A stretch of DNA of 63,471 bases, the filler included, from Choristocarpus tenellus KU-1152 (Eukaryota > Protista > Phaeophyceae): NCBI GenBank assembly GCA_964200185.2. It is 10 parts of 10 records of this genome, joined end to end, with 100 filler letters (N's around TTAATTAATTAA, not from the genome) between each part and the next. Parts side by side here need not be neighbours in the genome. Positions count along the whole stretch, not along the records: positions 43,309 to 45,871 come from CAXNAD020026746.1; positions 45,972 to 49,454 come from CAXNAD020019725.1; positions 49,555 to 52,750 come from CAXNAD020021619.1; positions 52,851 to 60,688 come from CAXNAD020005505.1; 6 more parts are not named here. One strand, given 5' to 3'. The notes under the pieces were generated by a model. It saw only the letters and a program-made list of their open reading frames with translations. It had not been told where the DNA came from and searched no databases. Every line of letters starts with the position of its first letter. Position 1 is the stretch's first letter. The position numbers and the translations under genes are program-made. Below are positions 43,209-57,000 of the stretch, piece after piece.

Positions 43209-45645
43209 NNNNNNNNNNNNNNNNNNNNNNNNNNNNNNNNNNNNNNNNNNNNTTAATTAATTAANNNNNNNNNNNNNNNNNNNNNNNNNNNNNNNNNNNN
43301 NNNNNNNNAAAGGAGGGGGAAAAAAAGGAGGAAGCAAGGGGGGGGGGGGGGGGGGGGGGGGGGGGAATGATTGGCCGTAGCTCCTGCACCATCTTGCTTA
43401 CAAGCTGGGATAAACCTGTGACGTAAGGGTGACAATTTACCATATTAGGTTGCACTATAGGGTGGTAGATTGGTTGAGGGTGAAGAAAGTCGGGATTGGG
43501 GCTACGATGTTACGGTATAGGGAGTATGCGTTATCATCCTTGCTACAAGCATTAACAAGTCACTACAGTGGAGGAACGTGATAGCAGGAGAACATGGTAT
43601 AGTGCCCAATAGCGATATATCTGTTCAACTCAATTTAAGGGGTGGGTGGAGATTCAGGGCAGAATAGTATGGTTATTTAGATGGTATATGCAGATGGTTA
43701 CCGTGGTATGGCACGAACGTCTCCAATAATTTCGAGTTGAACAAAAGGGTAGAAAAGGATGTGTTTAGATGAAAAGGATATATATATATACACACACAAT
43801 ACGCTACAGTGCCTTTGTTTTTTTAAGGGATGATAATCTACTAGGGTTAGTTGGGATGTTTAGATGGACCCCTGAACCATCTCTGAGTAATGTGCACTTT
43901 GCTCATCCAACACACAAGTGCAACTATGAATTTCTCACGACCTAGACAACTCACCGGCAGCTATGACTGGTCTAGATTGATGCAAGTGTGTTACACATTA
44001 TAGTCTTTACGTACCCCATCCAGACTAGTCACTAACGGATTACGCAAGGCGCTGATGGTGATGGTGCATGAACAATGTTTTCGCCATGGAGTGATCCGTG
44101 ACTTGGGGTGGGAATGTGGACTTGAGAACAGAGGTATGGCACAGACCTTGGATTGCGGTGATCTTCTAAGCCATATCTGGGGAGATACCAATGATAATCT
44201 AAAGGGGGAATCCAATGTCAGTATTACAAGGAGTGTGTTGGTAGCCAAGAACTGGGATACAAAGTGTGTGGAGGCATAGCCTGGAGTGATAGAACCTGAT
44301 AACGACTACAAGGGACATTTTGAGGGTGCAATATACCGTAACCCAAGGATATACACCGGAGACTAGCTGGTTTGGGTGAGGTATGTTTTATTCCAAATAT
44401 ATATATATACTTGAAATAAAACGAAAATAGGGTGGGTCGTAAGTCCCGCGAGTCTGCCTTGGGGCTTTATTTTGGCGGCTGGCGTACCTGTTGGGATTAC
44501 ACCAGGGGCGGGGCTGACTGGGTAGACTAGTGGGGAAAAGAAAAGGTGATAGAGGGGACAGACATAGACCAGGGGATAGAGGTTCAGGGTAAAGGAAAGT
44601 GGAGCCAAGTCTGATGGTAAAGTATAGGGTTTAGAGGATGAAATAAAGGGTTTGACTGTTGATGATATGGTACAATTAAAGAGGGAGGAGTAGTCAGTAG
44701 AAGCAAACCTCATGTCACATGAGAACGCATTTCAAATTAACCCACCAATTTTCGTCCCCAAAAGGAAAGGACAGGAGCAATCCTTGGACAAGCACAGTTC
44801 AAGATTTGAGGGAGCTGAAGAATTAAAGCAAGCATACGAGAGGACTGGAGACACACGTGCATGATAAGTACTGGAAAGGAATCGGGAAGAAAGGACAATG
44901 CTAAGGGGTTTACTAAAGTGTTTAGTTGACTATTGTTGTGGGAAGTGAGAGGTATACACTGGAGAAGGGGATACGTGTCCACAATGCCATGAGTGTCATA
45001 GTTCGTCAACCCCATTAATGTTGCCAACGATTAGTAACTCATGTGGTAAAAACATTAACTTCTACGCCGCATCCGGTCTTTCATCATATCCCCAATGACG
45101 GTTATCATTCTAAGCTACTACCCTATACCATGACCTAATCTGTTCGCATGGTCTGATTTCAAGGGATATCCCAGGTTGGAACCAAAGCAGCATAACAACT
45201 ACAACTGGTCACTTAAAACAAACCAAATGAGAGGTAAGCAGAGTTGCATTTTAACAAATCCCCAAAAGGGCAAAAATATGCCATTTTGTAATATTCCAGA
45301 AATATTGACTTTGCTTAATTGTGGTGTCACTCTGTGTGTGGAAAAGGGAAATGTCGATTTTGGTATACTATTGTGCACATAAAGGAGAGTGTGTTGGATA
45401 GGATATGAAACTTGGCTTAGAATGCAAAAGGGTCCAGACCTGCCTACCTCTCAACTGTTTTTTCAGTTACTCATCCTCATATTAAGTCCTCCACTCCTGA
45501 CTCTCTCACTACGTACTTTCCCACCCTAGTAATCATTCCACAATTAGCCCTCAATATCCAATTGCATCACATACGTCCTGGGCAAAATAACGAAGGCGTT
45601 GGTAACAAACACACCACACAATCTTTGACTCACAAACAAACATCC

Positions 45646-45871
45646 GACCCAAAGTATCTTAGAGGGTAGAGCCGCGTCCATTTGGGGCCCAAAATACAAT
45701 GTTGCGATGTTGATGTAATTTTGGCTATCGTGTTTGTTAGGAAGTGTCAATATCAATGTTCCGAACACACCTTTTCATAATATACACACTTTACCTACCC
45801 CTAGATATTTTGGAGTAGGAAAATGTCACAAAAGAACCAACGGGAAGCCGAGCCCCGAATGGACAAAACAG
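45646..45871. mobile_element. MITE family B, truncated by spacer
   Basis: GACCCAAAGTATCTTAGAGGGTAGAGCCGCGTCCATTTGGG..., the reverse complement of other B copies. Confidence 0.85.
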
Positions 45872-46496
45872 NNNNNNNNNNNNNNNNNNNNNNNNNNNNN
45901 NNNNNNNNNNNNNNNTTAATTAATTAANNNNNNNNNNNNNNNNNNNNNNNNNNNNNNNNNNNNNNNNNNNNGATGGGTAATGTAAAATCATTTTTCCCGG
46001 TCAACGCCCAAAAGGGACCCCCTTTTTAGTCCCCCCCCCCCCCCCCAAATACTTTGGGTCACAAATTGAACTGCCCAGACAAACATAACATGTATTATAG
46101 GTACAAGGGCAGAGTTGGATTTTTTCACACATCTGCATCATTCAATTTCATTTCTTGCACAAAGAGCAATCAATCACTGCTAGGACCAACATAAAATGTA
46201 GTGATTCAAGAAGTTGTGGACATGGTAGGGCAAATGGTTCAGATAGGTGCCTTGGTGCCAGGCAGAACAGTAAGACCTTTCCATTAGTGAAAATGTTCCT
46301 CTTCACAAAATGGTCCCTAACTCCTCCCCTTTTGTCTGACTCTCTTCACGTGAATCACTTGGGGCATAAGTCCATCTTGGGAAGGCACTTTAGTTTTGTC
46401 TGCTATATTAAGTGCTGTGGGTGTGAAAAGTATATCTATCTTAGAGTTAGGGTTAGTGTTAATCGAACAGTAGAAAAAACCCTTGAGAAGGTCAGT

Positions 46497-48765
46497 ACCT
46501 GCTGCTTGACCTCTTGTCTAACCTTCTCCAGCTCTGAAGATTTTTTTTTGTGCTCACTCTCTGGCAAAAACAGATTAGGGTAAGGGTCGGGTTTACTACA
46601 TTACAAATGAAACGTCCTTGAATGAAGATAACAATTGTTGTGTCCAAAGTGGGCAAGGAGAGTGCAGTGCGGAGGCTGGGGTGTGGGTGGGGAGGGAGAG
46701 GAGTTCTCTGTGGGATGGACTCATTAAATTCTGCTGCTAGTGCACAACGGTGCTTGGACTTTGTAATATCAAGATGAACTATGGTTCCTGGGGCTTATGT
46801 TCGACGTTGAACTCATTTGATATTGAGAAATCAGGCAGATACGTGAAAGAATTGTAACCAATATGGCATCATAAAGTACACAAGAGCTTGAATCAGATAT
46901 ATTGTATTATTGATACTTTCTGCAAGGACATCGAATTGAAACCCTAGGTCAGGCGTAAGGAGGAAGGGATAATTGCCGCGGATTTTATTGTAGCTTCTGC
47001 TTGCAGTAGGCAATAAGTATCCTACGGAAAACTTTTTGTTATTTGCTTACCACAAGGCGACTGCCTATGAGTAGCGTTTAGGCAAGTGAATTGCTGATGG
47101 AGATTTGGGGATACCTATATTTGCAGGCTCTCTTTTATTGAAGGTTAAAGAAGGTGTTTCCAGCTGCATCTCGTTAAAGTTCAGGGGATCAAGATCATTC
47201 ATATACCCCATTCTAAGTGAGGAAAGAAGCAGTGCACACACTTGGACCACTGCCAGTGAGGGCAGACCCTCCCGCCTCCAATCTTAATAATCGATTTGTG
47301 TACCCTAATTGAATTCGTCAAGGCAGTTCAATTTACCAATAACGTCATAGGATGCAACAATCCTCTCCAATTCGTCCTTCTTTGACCTCTGGAGCATGAC
47401 TGCTTTCCTCATGGCGGCGCTGTCACGATAAAAATCGTACTTAAGATTGTCCAGGTCCTCCTGAAGGGGGCATTCATTAGTGCACCACAAGGTTATGATC
47501 CAACAAACCCAACCAAATGAAGGACTGGTAGGCATATTGGAAGAACTATCTCTGGCAGATGCACTGAGAGGAAAAAAAGAATAATGCCTCCTTTGTGCTT
47601 CTAAAAAGGGGAATGCATATTCGTTCATTCAATAATGGTTGGAGTAACAGGTTCCTTTTGCAACAAAGGCCATCTTCCTCAAGGCATTGCATCTACAGTG
47701 CAGCCTCCCCCCCTGCAGATGTACATCAAAACCTCTTAATTGATGCAAGTGTTATTATAGATACTTTCAGAGAGCTTGAGAGCAAAGCGTAAATGTACAA
47801 GTACCTCATGTTATTTCAGGAGAACTTAGCTGCATTCATGAGCCCTGCGTTGAAGTGATACCAGTTGTGGGCTACGTCTTCTTGAAGGTGGCAATCATTG
47901 ACGAAATTTGTCATTTTCGTCATTGCAAACAACACTCTTCGAGCATTCATCAGAGTCGGAAGTAGAGGACAACCATCCACCCAATGTGGCGCAACTACAA
48001 TGAGAATATTCTGTCCTTCAGGTTGGAGCTCACTGCCCAATTGCTCATTTATTTTTGCGTGGTTCTCTTGATACGGACAGCTTCCAAAATATGGCATATG
48101 AATCCTTATCATTCTGAGAGGGGTGAGGTAGACCAATGTACATTCATACGATGCAACTTAACACATCTGAAACCGGATCAAACTGGTCTATATTTGAAGC
48201 CGAGCTGTCGAATAGTAGGTAAATGACCCGAAATCCATAGCAGCTCTCCTGCGGTAGATGAAGACCGTGCGTAATGTCCATTGCAGCTATGATTCACACA
48301 ACATAAGAGAGCATTGATACCTGGTGTTTGGCGTCGATTTTCTTGATTTCCGCTTCCAGTGTCGCTATGTGTTGGATAGTGTTAGCACATTCCCTACTCA
48401 GCCGCTCACGCACCTATGAGCGTTTGAGTCCACCAGCAATAGGAAAGAGATTTGTCACCCCTCCTCAGTATCGAAAAGACAATAAGTTTGTAGGGTGGGG
48501 CAGAGATTGTGATTGAGGACCTGGTGCCTGGTGAAGCTATATACACTGGTGTAGTATTACTAGGAGGGAGTATCACTTATTTACGATACACACAGGTAGG
48601 ATGGAAGCTGCTTGCATTCCTCAGCTTACCTAGTGAATCTACACAAAAAGAATTGACAAACCTTTCGCTCCTCCACGAGCATGATTTTCTTCTCCGCAAT
48701 TTTGCGTTGGATCTCATGCTTCTCGGTCTCCTTTAATGGATTTTTTTTTTTCTCCATCCTCTCCT
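46497..48765 (-). CDS. Multi-exon hypothetical coiled-coil protein, partial
   Basis: Several AG/GT-bounded open segments: ERMEKKKNPLKETEKHEIQRKIAEKKIMLVEERK; VRERLSRECANTIQHIATLEAEIKKIDAKHQ; EDLDNLKYDFYRD...SYDVI; DWRREGLPSLAVVQVCALLLSSLR... No family recognised. Confidence 0.45.
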
Positions 48766-51700
48766 AGGTGATACCGCCAACAACAGTAGTTAAACGTTGC
48801 GTGTTCTCTCCGTTCATGGAGGTATCACTCCTGTTGTCAGTTCCACAGTAACACAACAACTTTCCTCCAAAAGTGGCTCCAGCAATACATTCCTATTAGT
48901 GGAAAAAGTTGACACTTCATATTGAAGAGGCAACCGTTTCTGAAACCGCTAATGACTTAAACGTCTATTTTGTGTGATGGCAAATCCGCTTAAATACGAA
49001 ACAAACACATGGTCCCCGAAAGAGATGGATGAGAAAGGGGAGAGATTGTGCAAAGATGACCTTCGACAAGAAAGTGAAGGAGTGCAAGAAGTCAACCATG
49101 GGGAGATGGAGATAGCGGACACTTCGACTCCTGATGGACATGAGGTCACACTCCTGGTTTATCATGGTAAAATAGATTAATCCTGTTGAAGGTAGTCCAG
49201 GTAGTTACCTCCCTCTAGCAACAGCTTCAATATTTCCTTTCAGAATGAAATGAATATGATGGAGTGTGAATCTTGGCAAAATCTTGATGATTGTGCAGTT
49301 GGTCGGAGAGGTCAACCATCATCAACCTCAAAGCATACCAACAATGAAAAAAATCGAGTGAGCACCGCCGACTATTCTTCCATTGCAAGCACAACCATTT
49401 TTGGCATTTGAAGTGCCCCAAAGTATCTGGGAGGGTGGGGAGGATCTACACCAGNNNNNNNNNNNNNNNNNNNNNNNNNNNNNNNNNNNNNNNNNNNNTT
49501 AATTAATTAANNNNNNNNNNNNNNNNNNNNNNNNNNNNNNNNNNNNNNNNNNNNGTTGTCGAGTGGTGTGGGGGGTTGTGGTGTTGGCGTCCGTTTTTCA
49601 TCTTTTTTCAATTTTCACTGTTTTGGTGTGATTTGGTCGCACATGTGAGATTTGAAATGTCAGCAAAAAAAAAGTTGTTTGACCGAAACGAACGCCCCCT
49701 CACAAACCACCCCCCTTCCCCCCCAGGTATTTTGACCCATACCACCTCATTAAATGTTAGGTGTAAGAAGAATCCAATAATTGATGCGGAGGGGGAAATT
49801 GAATTATGGTTGGGACCGCTTTTTCAACTTTTCTTCTACCTAACCAAACTTTTTTACACGCGTCTTTATGGAGATAAGACATAATAATATATTCTACATA
49901 TTGCGACAAGACATGGTACCATTATTTGATCTTGGTAGTATTGTGTTGAGGGTTAAGGACTCAGATATGTGGGGCAGGTCAGGGTGGATGGGGCATGTTC
50001 ATTCTTGAGAAGCTCAAACGCATCATAAAATATAATTTCTTGGACAGATAACAATTCTTCGCAACAAGAAAAGTAAGTCGGAGTTTTCCTGTAACAATTT
50101 TTTTTAAGGGGTTCATTCCTCTTATTTCTTTCCAAATCAAAACGTGATAAACTCTTTTGGCATGGTGGAAGCTTGTAAGGCAATACGGTGACAAGTGCAC
50201 AAGTCCTGTTTGACCAATCAGAAATTCAAATACATGAAAACCTGCTTGCCTATGATATGTCTTCTACCCCCTCTCTGTGCAGTTTTTATAATAGTACCTA
50301 CATATATTTATAATCATTTACCCCCTAATATATATAATCTGTCTCAAACATCGTAGTAGGGATAATATTAGAAATATAAGGCTACGTACTAGTAAAGTAG
50401 TACAACATTTTTTTTTATAGTTGACATGTGTCACAATTAATTGTCTAACAAGTGAGAGTATGCGTACAAACAACACACAACACATACCACATAAAGGTAT
50501 GTGCTGATCATAGAGGCATGTGAGTGTACAGAAGTGTATACCATGCACTTCTACTTGTTGAAGTTAGGGACACGAACGTTGATACAGACAGTATTAATTC
50601 AAGTGTTAGTAGTGCTTTGCATTTTGAAATTGCCGTGAGTTGTTTAGTGTAAAGAACAATGATCAGCACAACAACAAATAGCACTTCCTCTGCAAACATC
50701 GACATATCACCTTAGTTTCGAATCAACTACATCATCATGACCATACAACAACCAAGCTCTTGAAAATCAATGAATGAGATTATTCTACCGTTTTGATGGT
50801 ATCAATACCATCATCTTGATTCGAGGTCCGATGAGGAACAAACTCGCTACTAGTACATATCAAGCCAGAGCAAACAGCAATCGATCACATCAAGAACCCA
50901 CCCGAACAAACACAAATAACTCACCAAGTACTCTGGGCGGAGTAACTGCGATCATATTTCCTATAGATGTCTTTCCAGCAAAAAAGAGGTCACCTTTGAA
51001 TCGTACCAAGGTCATCATTATAAATCGAAACAGGATTGTGGGGGGGTGCAGTAGGGAAACATATGGAGACAGACACTGCCACCATATAGGTTGGCTCACA
51101 CATCACATCTAAAGTACCCCTGACTATGCATACATGCTTGTTACCCAAGGGCATAGATACCACCAGCTCACTCCACTGGTTCTTAGTCTTGATATTTAAT
51201 AAGGCGCACCATGGTTGTGATGAAGGAGAACGTCTTGCAGACTTGTGGATGCATCAAGTGAAAGAACCCGTATCAATAAACTGATGCGGCATATGCGTCC
51301 ATAGCATTACAACCACATCACCCCTACGGCTCAGCGCTTGGTATTATTGTACACATGGCCTGGAAGAGGCAGGTGTATCAACTACCTGCTGTAGTGCAAG
51401 ATGTACTTCTACATAGTGCCTAGTGTTGAGGGAGAGTGCACACTGAGGAGAGCTGCAGCAGGTGCAAGCATTTCTCGTACCTGTGCGTAGGTGAAGGAGT
51501 GATGCCATGGGTGGAATCTTCAATGTTAGAGGAAAAGGAATGAGCCTTGTCATTAGTCTCTTTGAGAACACTTCTGGCTGTTCGAGAGGAGAGTGACTAC
51601 CCCACAATTTCTACTACCTAGATTGTCATGTAAAACCACGAGGCCTGCCAAAAATGTACACAATGGAAGGGAAAACAAGGAGCTCGGGCACTCTGTTCAG

Positions 51701-52058
51701 CAATTCTAGGTTGGCATCCTCTACCAAGAACAAAACATCTTGCAAAAAATCTAAATTGGGGCGCCGTGCATACAAAATACTGAATCAACAAGGCACCACA
51801 AAGTACAACACACAAAATTCATGCTTCCTGAGTAACATAGAGCAAGTCCAGAACAAGCCACTCGGGGGCTCTTCTTCCTCTCTTTACATGGCATGGTTTG
51901 AGGTCTACACACATATATCTAGGCCGGTCACAAGTATACCTATCATTAGGCAGGTGTCTGCATTTTTCTCTTCCCCGTAGAGAGATACCTTTTAGCAACT
52001 CCAATCTCAGTGCCCAGTGTTGTCAATAACTTCCTCCCTTGAACTACACGACACAACT

Positions 52059-52193
52059 TCAACTGAAGTAGGAGTGTGCCCCACCCACCACATCCTCAAA
52101 TGCATCCAACTGGTCCCTTGTGAACTTGTGCCTGTGACTCTCCTCCCACTTGTCTTGATGTGTCCGTCGGAAATCCTTGAAGGCGTGCGTCAC
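52059..52193 (-). CDS. PSME4: Proteasome activator PA200/Blm10, terminal exon
   Basis: VTHAFKDFRRTHQDKWEESHRHKFTRDQLDAFEDVVGGAHSYFS* matches the PA200 C-terminus (FRRTH.D.W..H...FT..QL...SYY/YF-X). Preceded by a ttttccag acceptor. Confidence 0.85.
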   Translation of the reverse strand: MTHAFKDFRRTHQDKWEESHRHKFTRDQLDAFEDVVGGAHSYFS

Positions 52194-53378
52194 CTGGAAA
52201 ATTTGCATTAACCCCAGTTTGACCGTAAGGGAAGAGCATGGCAAAACACAATATTTTTATTAGTTTTGTTAGGTTCGTAAGCTTATCTACTCTCAAGTGT
52301 GTAAAAAAATACGGTTAGGGTGAAGTGGAAGACAATCACCTACAGCACCTCAAGAAATTGGTTGTGGTGACCCTATCGGCCCCCTCATTGCACCTGAGGA
52401 TACGATGCAGCAGAGCTGTGCCACAAAAAATACAACAGAAAATGAGAACAGGCCTTCAAGCTACAGACTCAATATTTAACGCAAGATATTTCTGACAAAA
52501 AAATTGCAAGACCCAGAAACCTTTCCCCCCTCCCCCAAAACAAAATTTATAATATAAGAGGATTACAGTTACAGGGCCTGCCTCCCTCTCTACCTCCCAC
52601 CCAACCCAAGGAGCAATGGACCTACACACACACACACCTCTTAGAAATAACAAAACTTCGAAGAACTGAGAAAGGCCTGATATTTAGGGGGTTTTGATCA
52701 GCCAACCCGCCGCGACCTTCATCGTACGCTTCGATGATGAGCCTGATCTTNNNNNNNNNNNNNNNNNNNNNNNNNNNNNNNNNNNNNNNNNNNNTTAATT
52801 AATTAANNNNNNNNNNNNNNNNNNNNNNNNNNNNNNNNNNNNNNNNNNNNGGATTTCTAGAGGAGGGGGGGGGGGAGGGGGAGGGGAGGAGCAGTCAAAA
52901 CTCAATTAAACCGTGTACTTTAGCACATTGTAACAAACATGGAGTATTGAGCCCATCAACAATATTGGCGCACCCATGTGCAGTCTGTGTAATGGGGACC
53001 CTTTACCATATGATCACAGTATTGTGTTTATGTATGGATACTGGAAGAGGTGGAGTTCGCTACCGCCGCCTCAAAATCAGGTACTCATAGGAAGGATACT
53101 ATTTCCAGGTTTCATACTTAGCCCCTAAAAAACGCCACTGGTCAGCTCTTGCTTGGAGGCAAGGGAAAGGGGCTTCAACTATTTTATTTCGTGTATGCCC
53201 TTGCCGACGCCAGATTAACCATACATAGGCCACCCACTTGAAAATGGCATATGCTGTTTGCCATGTACGGATCATCGTTTTTTGTTTTTTTTGCAAATTA
53301 ATGCGATTTTTTTGTGTCATGGGCAGGGTGCAAAGAGCTCTCATCTAAGCAGAAATTACTCCAGTAGTGAAAGGACTT

Positions 53379-53557
53379 GGCTTGAAGTATCTGGAGGGAG
53401 GGTGGCAGCTGTCCATTTGTGGGCAATTTGTTTATGTCGTGACTTTTGTGTGATTCGGTTGCATACGTCGGATGGATAATGTAAATGAACTTTTCCTGGT
53501 TATGGACCAAATGAACACCCTGGTGTAGAACCCCACCCTCCCCAGATACTTTGGGTC
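53379..53557. mobile_element. MITE family A, complete
   Basis: GGCTTGAAGTATCTGGAGGG ... CCCCAGATACTTTGGGTC; TSD not intact (ACTT/ATCT). Confidence 0.85.
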
Positions 53558-54028
53558 ATCTGTACGTGGAAGTTATATCACTACATAATTTTACATGTGT
53601 TTATTGTGAGGAAACACTGACCACGTTCACTACACTGATTAATTGATCATGTGTGTGTGAATAACAAAAAGTGTGACTGTGCAGAACGGATTCTAAAGAT
53701 TCTGTAGGAGCCACAACACAGGTGCAGAGATTGTAGCATGGTGGGACTTGCTTCAGAAACCTTGCCCCTGCAATTGGCTGAACACAACTCTGAACACACT
53801 AGGAAATCATATTCATCAACTAAATGTGCTCCACGAAAGATGAATTTGCATGTGCTTCATTGGATCATATGGTACATATTTACCCAAGTCTGAACATGGA
53901 CTCAAATATGTTGGAAGAATATAAGGGATAAAGCTACTGAGTGTTAGATTACTTTCACACCCTCCAAAGACTGCTCCAACTCCTTTTCCCCTCTTCAAAT
54001 GCCAACACAACCGGCACTAGTTCCTTAC

Positions 54029-57000
54029 CCAGACTCAGGCTCAAATTGGACAAGAGGAAGCGCCTCAAAGTTGATGAAACTGCGCACAAACTGGTGTCGG
54101 CAAGTTGTGCATGCATCCCCCCCTGCCCGGACCCCAATGCCAAAGGTCTCTTCACTCCTCGCATCCTCACCTCCACCTCCCCCCACCCCCGTTGGGATAG
54201 AGGTTGAGATGAAGGGATTGAGAAGGGGATTGGTTGACCCACACCTAAAGCATGCAACCAGAAGCTCAGGACTGTCCCGGACAGGCTTTGCCTTCAGGTG
54301 TGTGGGGGCGGAGTGGAGAGTGATTCGATCAATAAAGTCTTTTCCTCTGTACCGGTAAGACTTTATCATCTACAGTGCTTCAGTAGTTCGGAGAGTTATC
54401 CAAAGGTGGTATAAGTTCATTTGTACATTGGTATAGATGTGGCTAGAGGGACGACCCAAAGCATTTCAGAGGGTAGAGCTGAATCTGTTCCAAGTCATAA
54501 ATCCAATTTTGTAATTTCGACGATTTTTGGCTATCATGTTTGTTAGCAACTGTCAATATCCTTGCTCTGGACACACCTTTCATAGTCGTATACATTTTAT
54601 GTAACTCTATTCACACAAAAAACCGAAAAAGGGCAAAAAAAACCCATGGGAAGCCAAGCCCCGAAAGGACAAACAGGGCAAAATTCCTACCCTCTTAAAT
54701 GCTTTGGGTCAATACTGTCATGGAGGAAAGGTTATGAAAAAGGAGTACTACAGGGCAGGTTCAGGGTAGTGAGGGAAGCATGGAGGCCAAAGGGTGCACA
54801 GGGTACGGTCATGTCTGTAGAGACCAGAGCTATCTGTGCTGAAGAGTGAGGATGCCAATCTACTGGGAAAAACTTAACATACAAAGACAACAAGATTCCA
54901 GGTAACAAAGTTGTTGAGTTCACTCAGCATACTCGAATCAACAAATAAGAGGTATGTCAGGTAGAGAAGTACATCTACTGCGGGATGTGCTGTGTGCTTG
55001 TTCTATGTGTGTGTGTTCATTCCAAGGTGCAGGCAACAGAAAGTTCGGTGATATGCAGTTGAGTTGGGACCCTGGGGTCTTCCTTTGGATCGCAGAAGCA
55101 CACTCTACCGTCTTCAGGGACCCCTGAACAAAATAAAGTCATGTGTAACTATTATAGTGTACTCAGTGTGTACGGAACTGAGCTTTTTTTCAGAGAGTAC
55201 ATCAATCCGAATTCTGAGACCAGGTGCAACAAACTCTTAGATCTTCTACGGTAAGGATGTTCTAGGTTTGTCAGGTTGCCTCAAAATCTAGTGGTAGATT
55301 TCCGCCCTCAGGCATTAATGCAATCGAAGAGATCATTCCTAAAACACTAGCAGTAAGGAGAAACAGTATCTGTAGTCTGGAGCGACACATATTGACTACT
55401 CTGTATCTAGTTGTTTCATTTTGTTTTTTTCGACATCTGGTGGGATAGAGAGAAGCTGCAACAAACACGTGCTTTTGTTATCAAAGTGTCTTTTCTCCTG
55501 AGTAATTGGCTGAGTGCTAAAAGAACAAGTAGCTGTGATTCTCAACCCCATTTTCTTAACCTTCACAGAGGTACTAAAACTCCTTTTCTTCCCTGCTTCG
55601 ACACACACACACAAACACACATGTTTCCGTCATGTCTGTCTCACCTGTACAGTCAGCATATCAAAATCGATCTGATCTTGCCAGAGTGGTGGTATTTGCT
55701 GCCGTTGCAGTCGGTCATATGCAAAACGAGCCAGTTTGAACGCCCCAAGTATCTTTGCCTACACAAAAATGAAAAAAGAAAATGAGGGAATTTGTAGAGG
55801 TAGGAGTCCAAGTTGGTAAGGTTTGGCCATGGGGAGTGCGGAGCCTAGATGGGAGCACATGAGGGTTGGGGGGAATGGTGAGATTAGGGATGGGGAGAAG
55901 ATGATGAGCAGGATGACTGTAAGCTCAAGTGAACCCTGTGAAACGTCCTGACAACAGCTTTTTCAGATGGCATCTCAATACTAGCAGTCTGCTTTCAAGT
56001 GATATTTCCATTGAACGGTGGCACACATCTAGCTCCAGCTCTTCCTCTATGGTACAATCATTTGAAGGTACAGATCTTGAATAAATGAAGAGAATGTACA
56101 ATATTTCAAAATTTAGAAAAGAGCGTTCGTATCATTTACTCCTATCATTTGAAGGACATGTTGCTTCTCTTTTCCTTTCCACTCCAGTATGCTGTAGCAA
56201 AACCTTCAATTTCCAGGGAGATTCTTATTCCCTGGAGTAATTCACTTCACAAGGTTAAGTTCTGAGCTCCCATCATCCCACACAAGGCTCACGCCGCTTG
56301 GTTAATCCTTGCTGCACAACAACGTTGTGCATGTGACTGCTGCTACAAGATTCAACCCTTTCCTCCAAGGGTTAAGTGCAACGATGTTATGCACCATTGT
56401 CCAAATCAGATCATCATAGACAAAGTCACACAATTGGCTAAAACATAAGGCCTCAAGGGCTAGTACCTCCGATGTTTTAGAAACGGAACAGGACAGGGTC
56501 AAACGCATGTAGAGGTGACACGTAGAATTCTGTGAGAGGGAAAGCCACTCCACTCCAAGGTTAATTGACCTCGATTTGCTCAATTTTTGTTGTGGCAACC
56601 AAGTGAAAGTATCTTGGAGGGTACAGGTTTTTCCCTGTTTGTCCATTTGGGACTTGGCTTCCCACGTTTTTTTTAAATGATATTTTACCCACTCCAAAAT
56701 GTTTTGGTGTAGGTAAAATGTGTACGTTATGAAAACGTGTGTCCGGAACAAGGATATTGACATCTCCTAACAAACATGATGGCCAAAATTACTACAAAAT
56801 TGCAACATTGGATTTTGGATCCCAAATGGATGTGACTCTACCCTCTAAGGTACTTTGGCTCAACCCCAGCCATGTATTTCTTATGCTGTTCATGGTTGTG
56901 ACGCCTGTCCTACCCATACCTGCTTGGCAAGAGTATAAAGAGTGTGTGCTCGTGATATGCCCTGTGGTGACTCTCCTTCTCCCAGGGAGTTGATTAGAAA

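Noticed and set aside
43990-45050. Possible DIRS/Ngaro tyrosine-recombinase retroelement remnant
   Set aside because: Only a faint resemblance near 44710-44760; no catalytic motif could be read with confidence.
50700-51340. Possible Copia RT remnant on minus strand
   Set aside because: Similarity is too degraded to support without a profile search.
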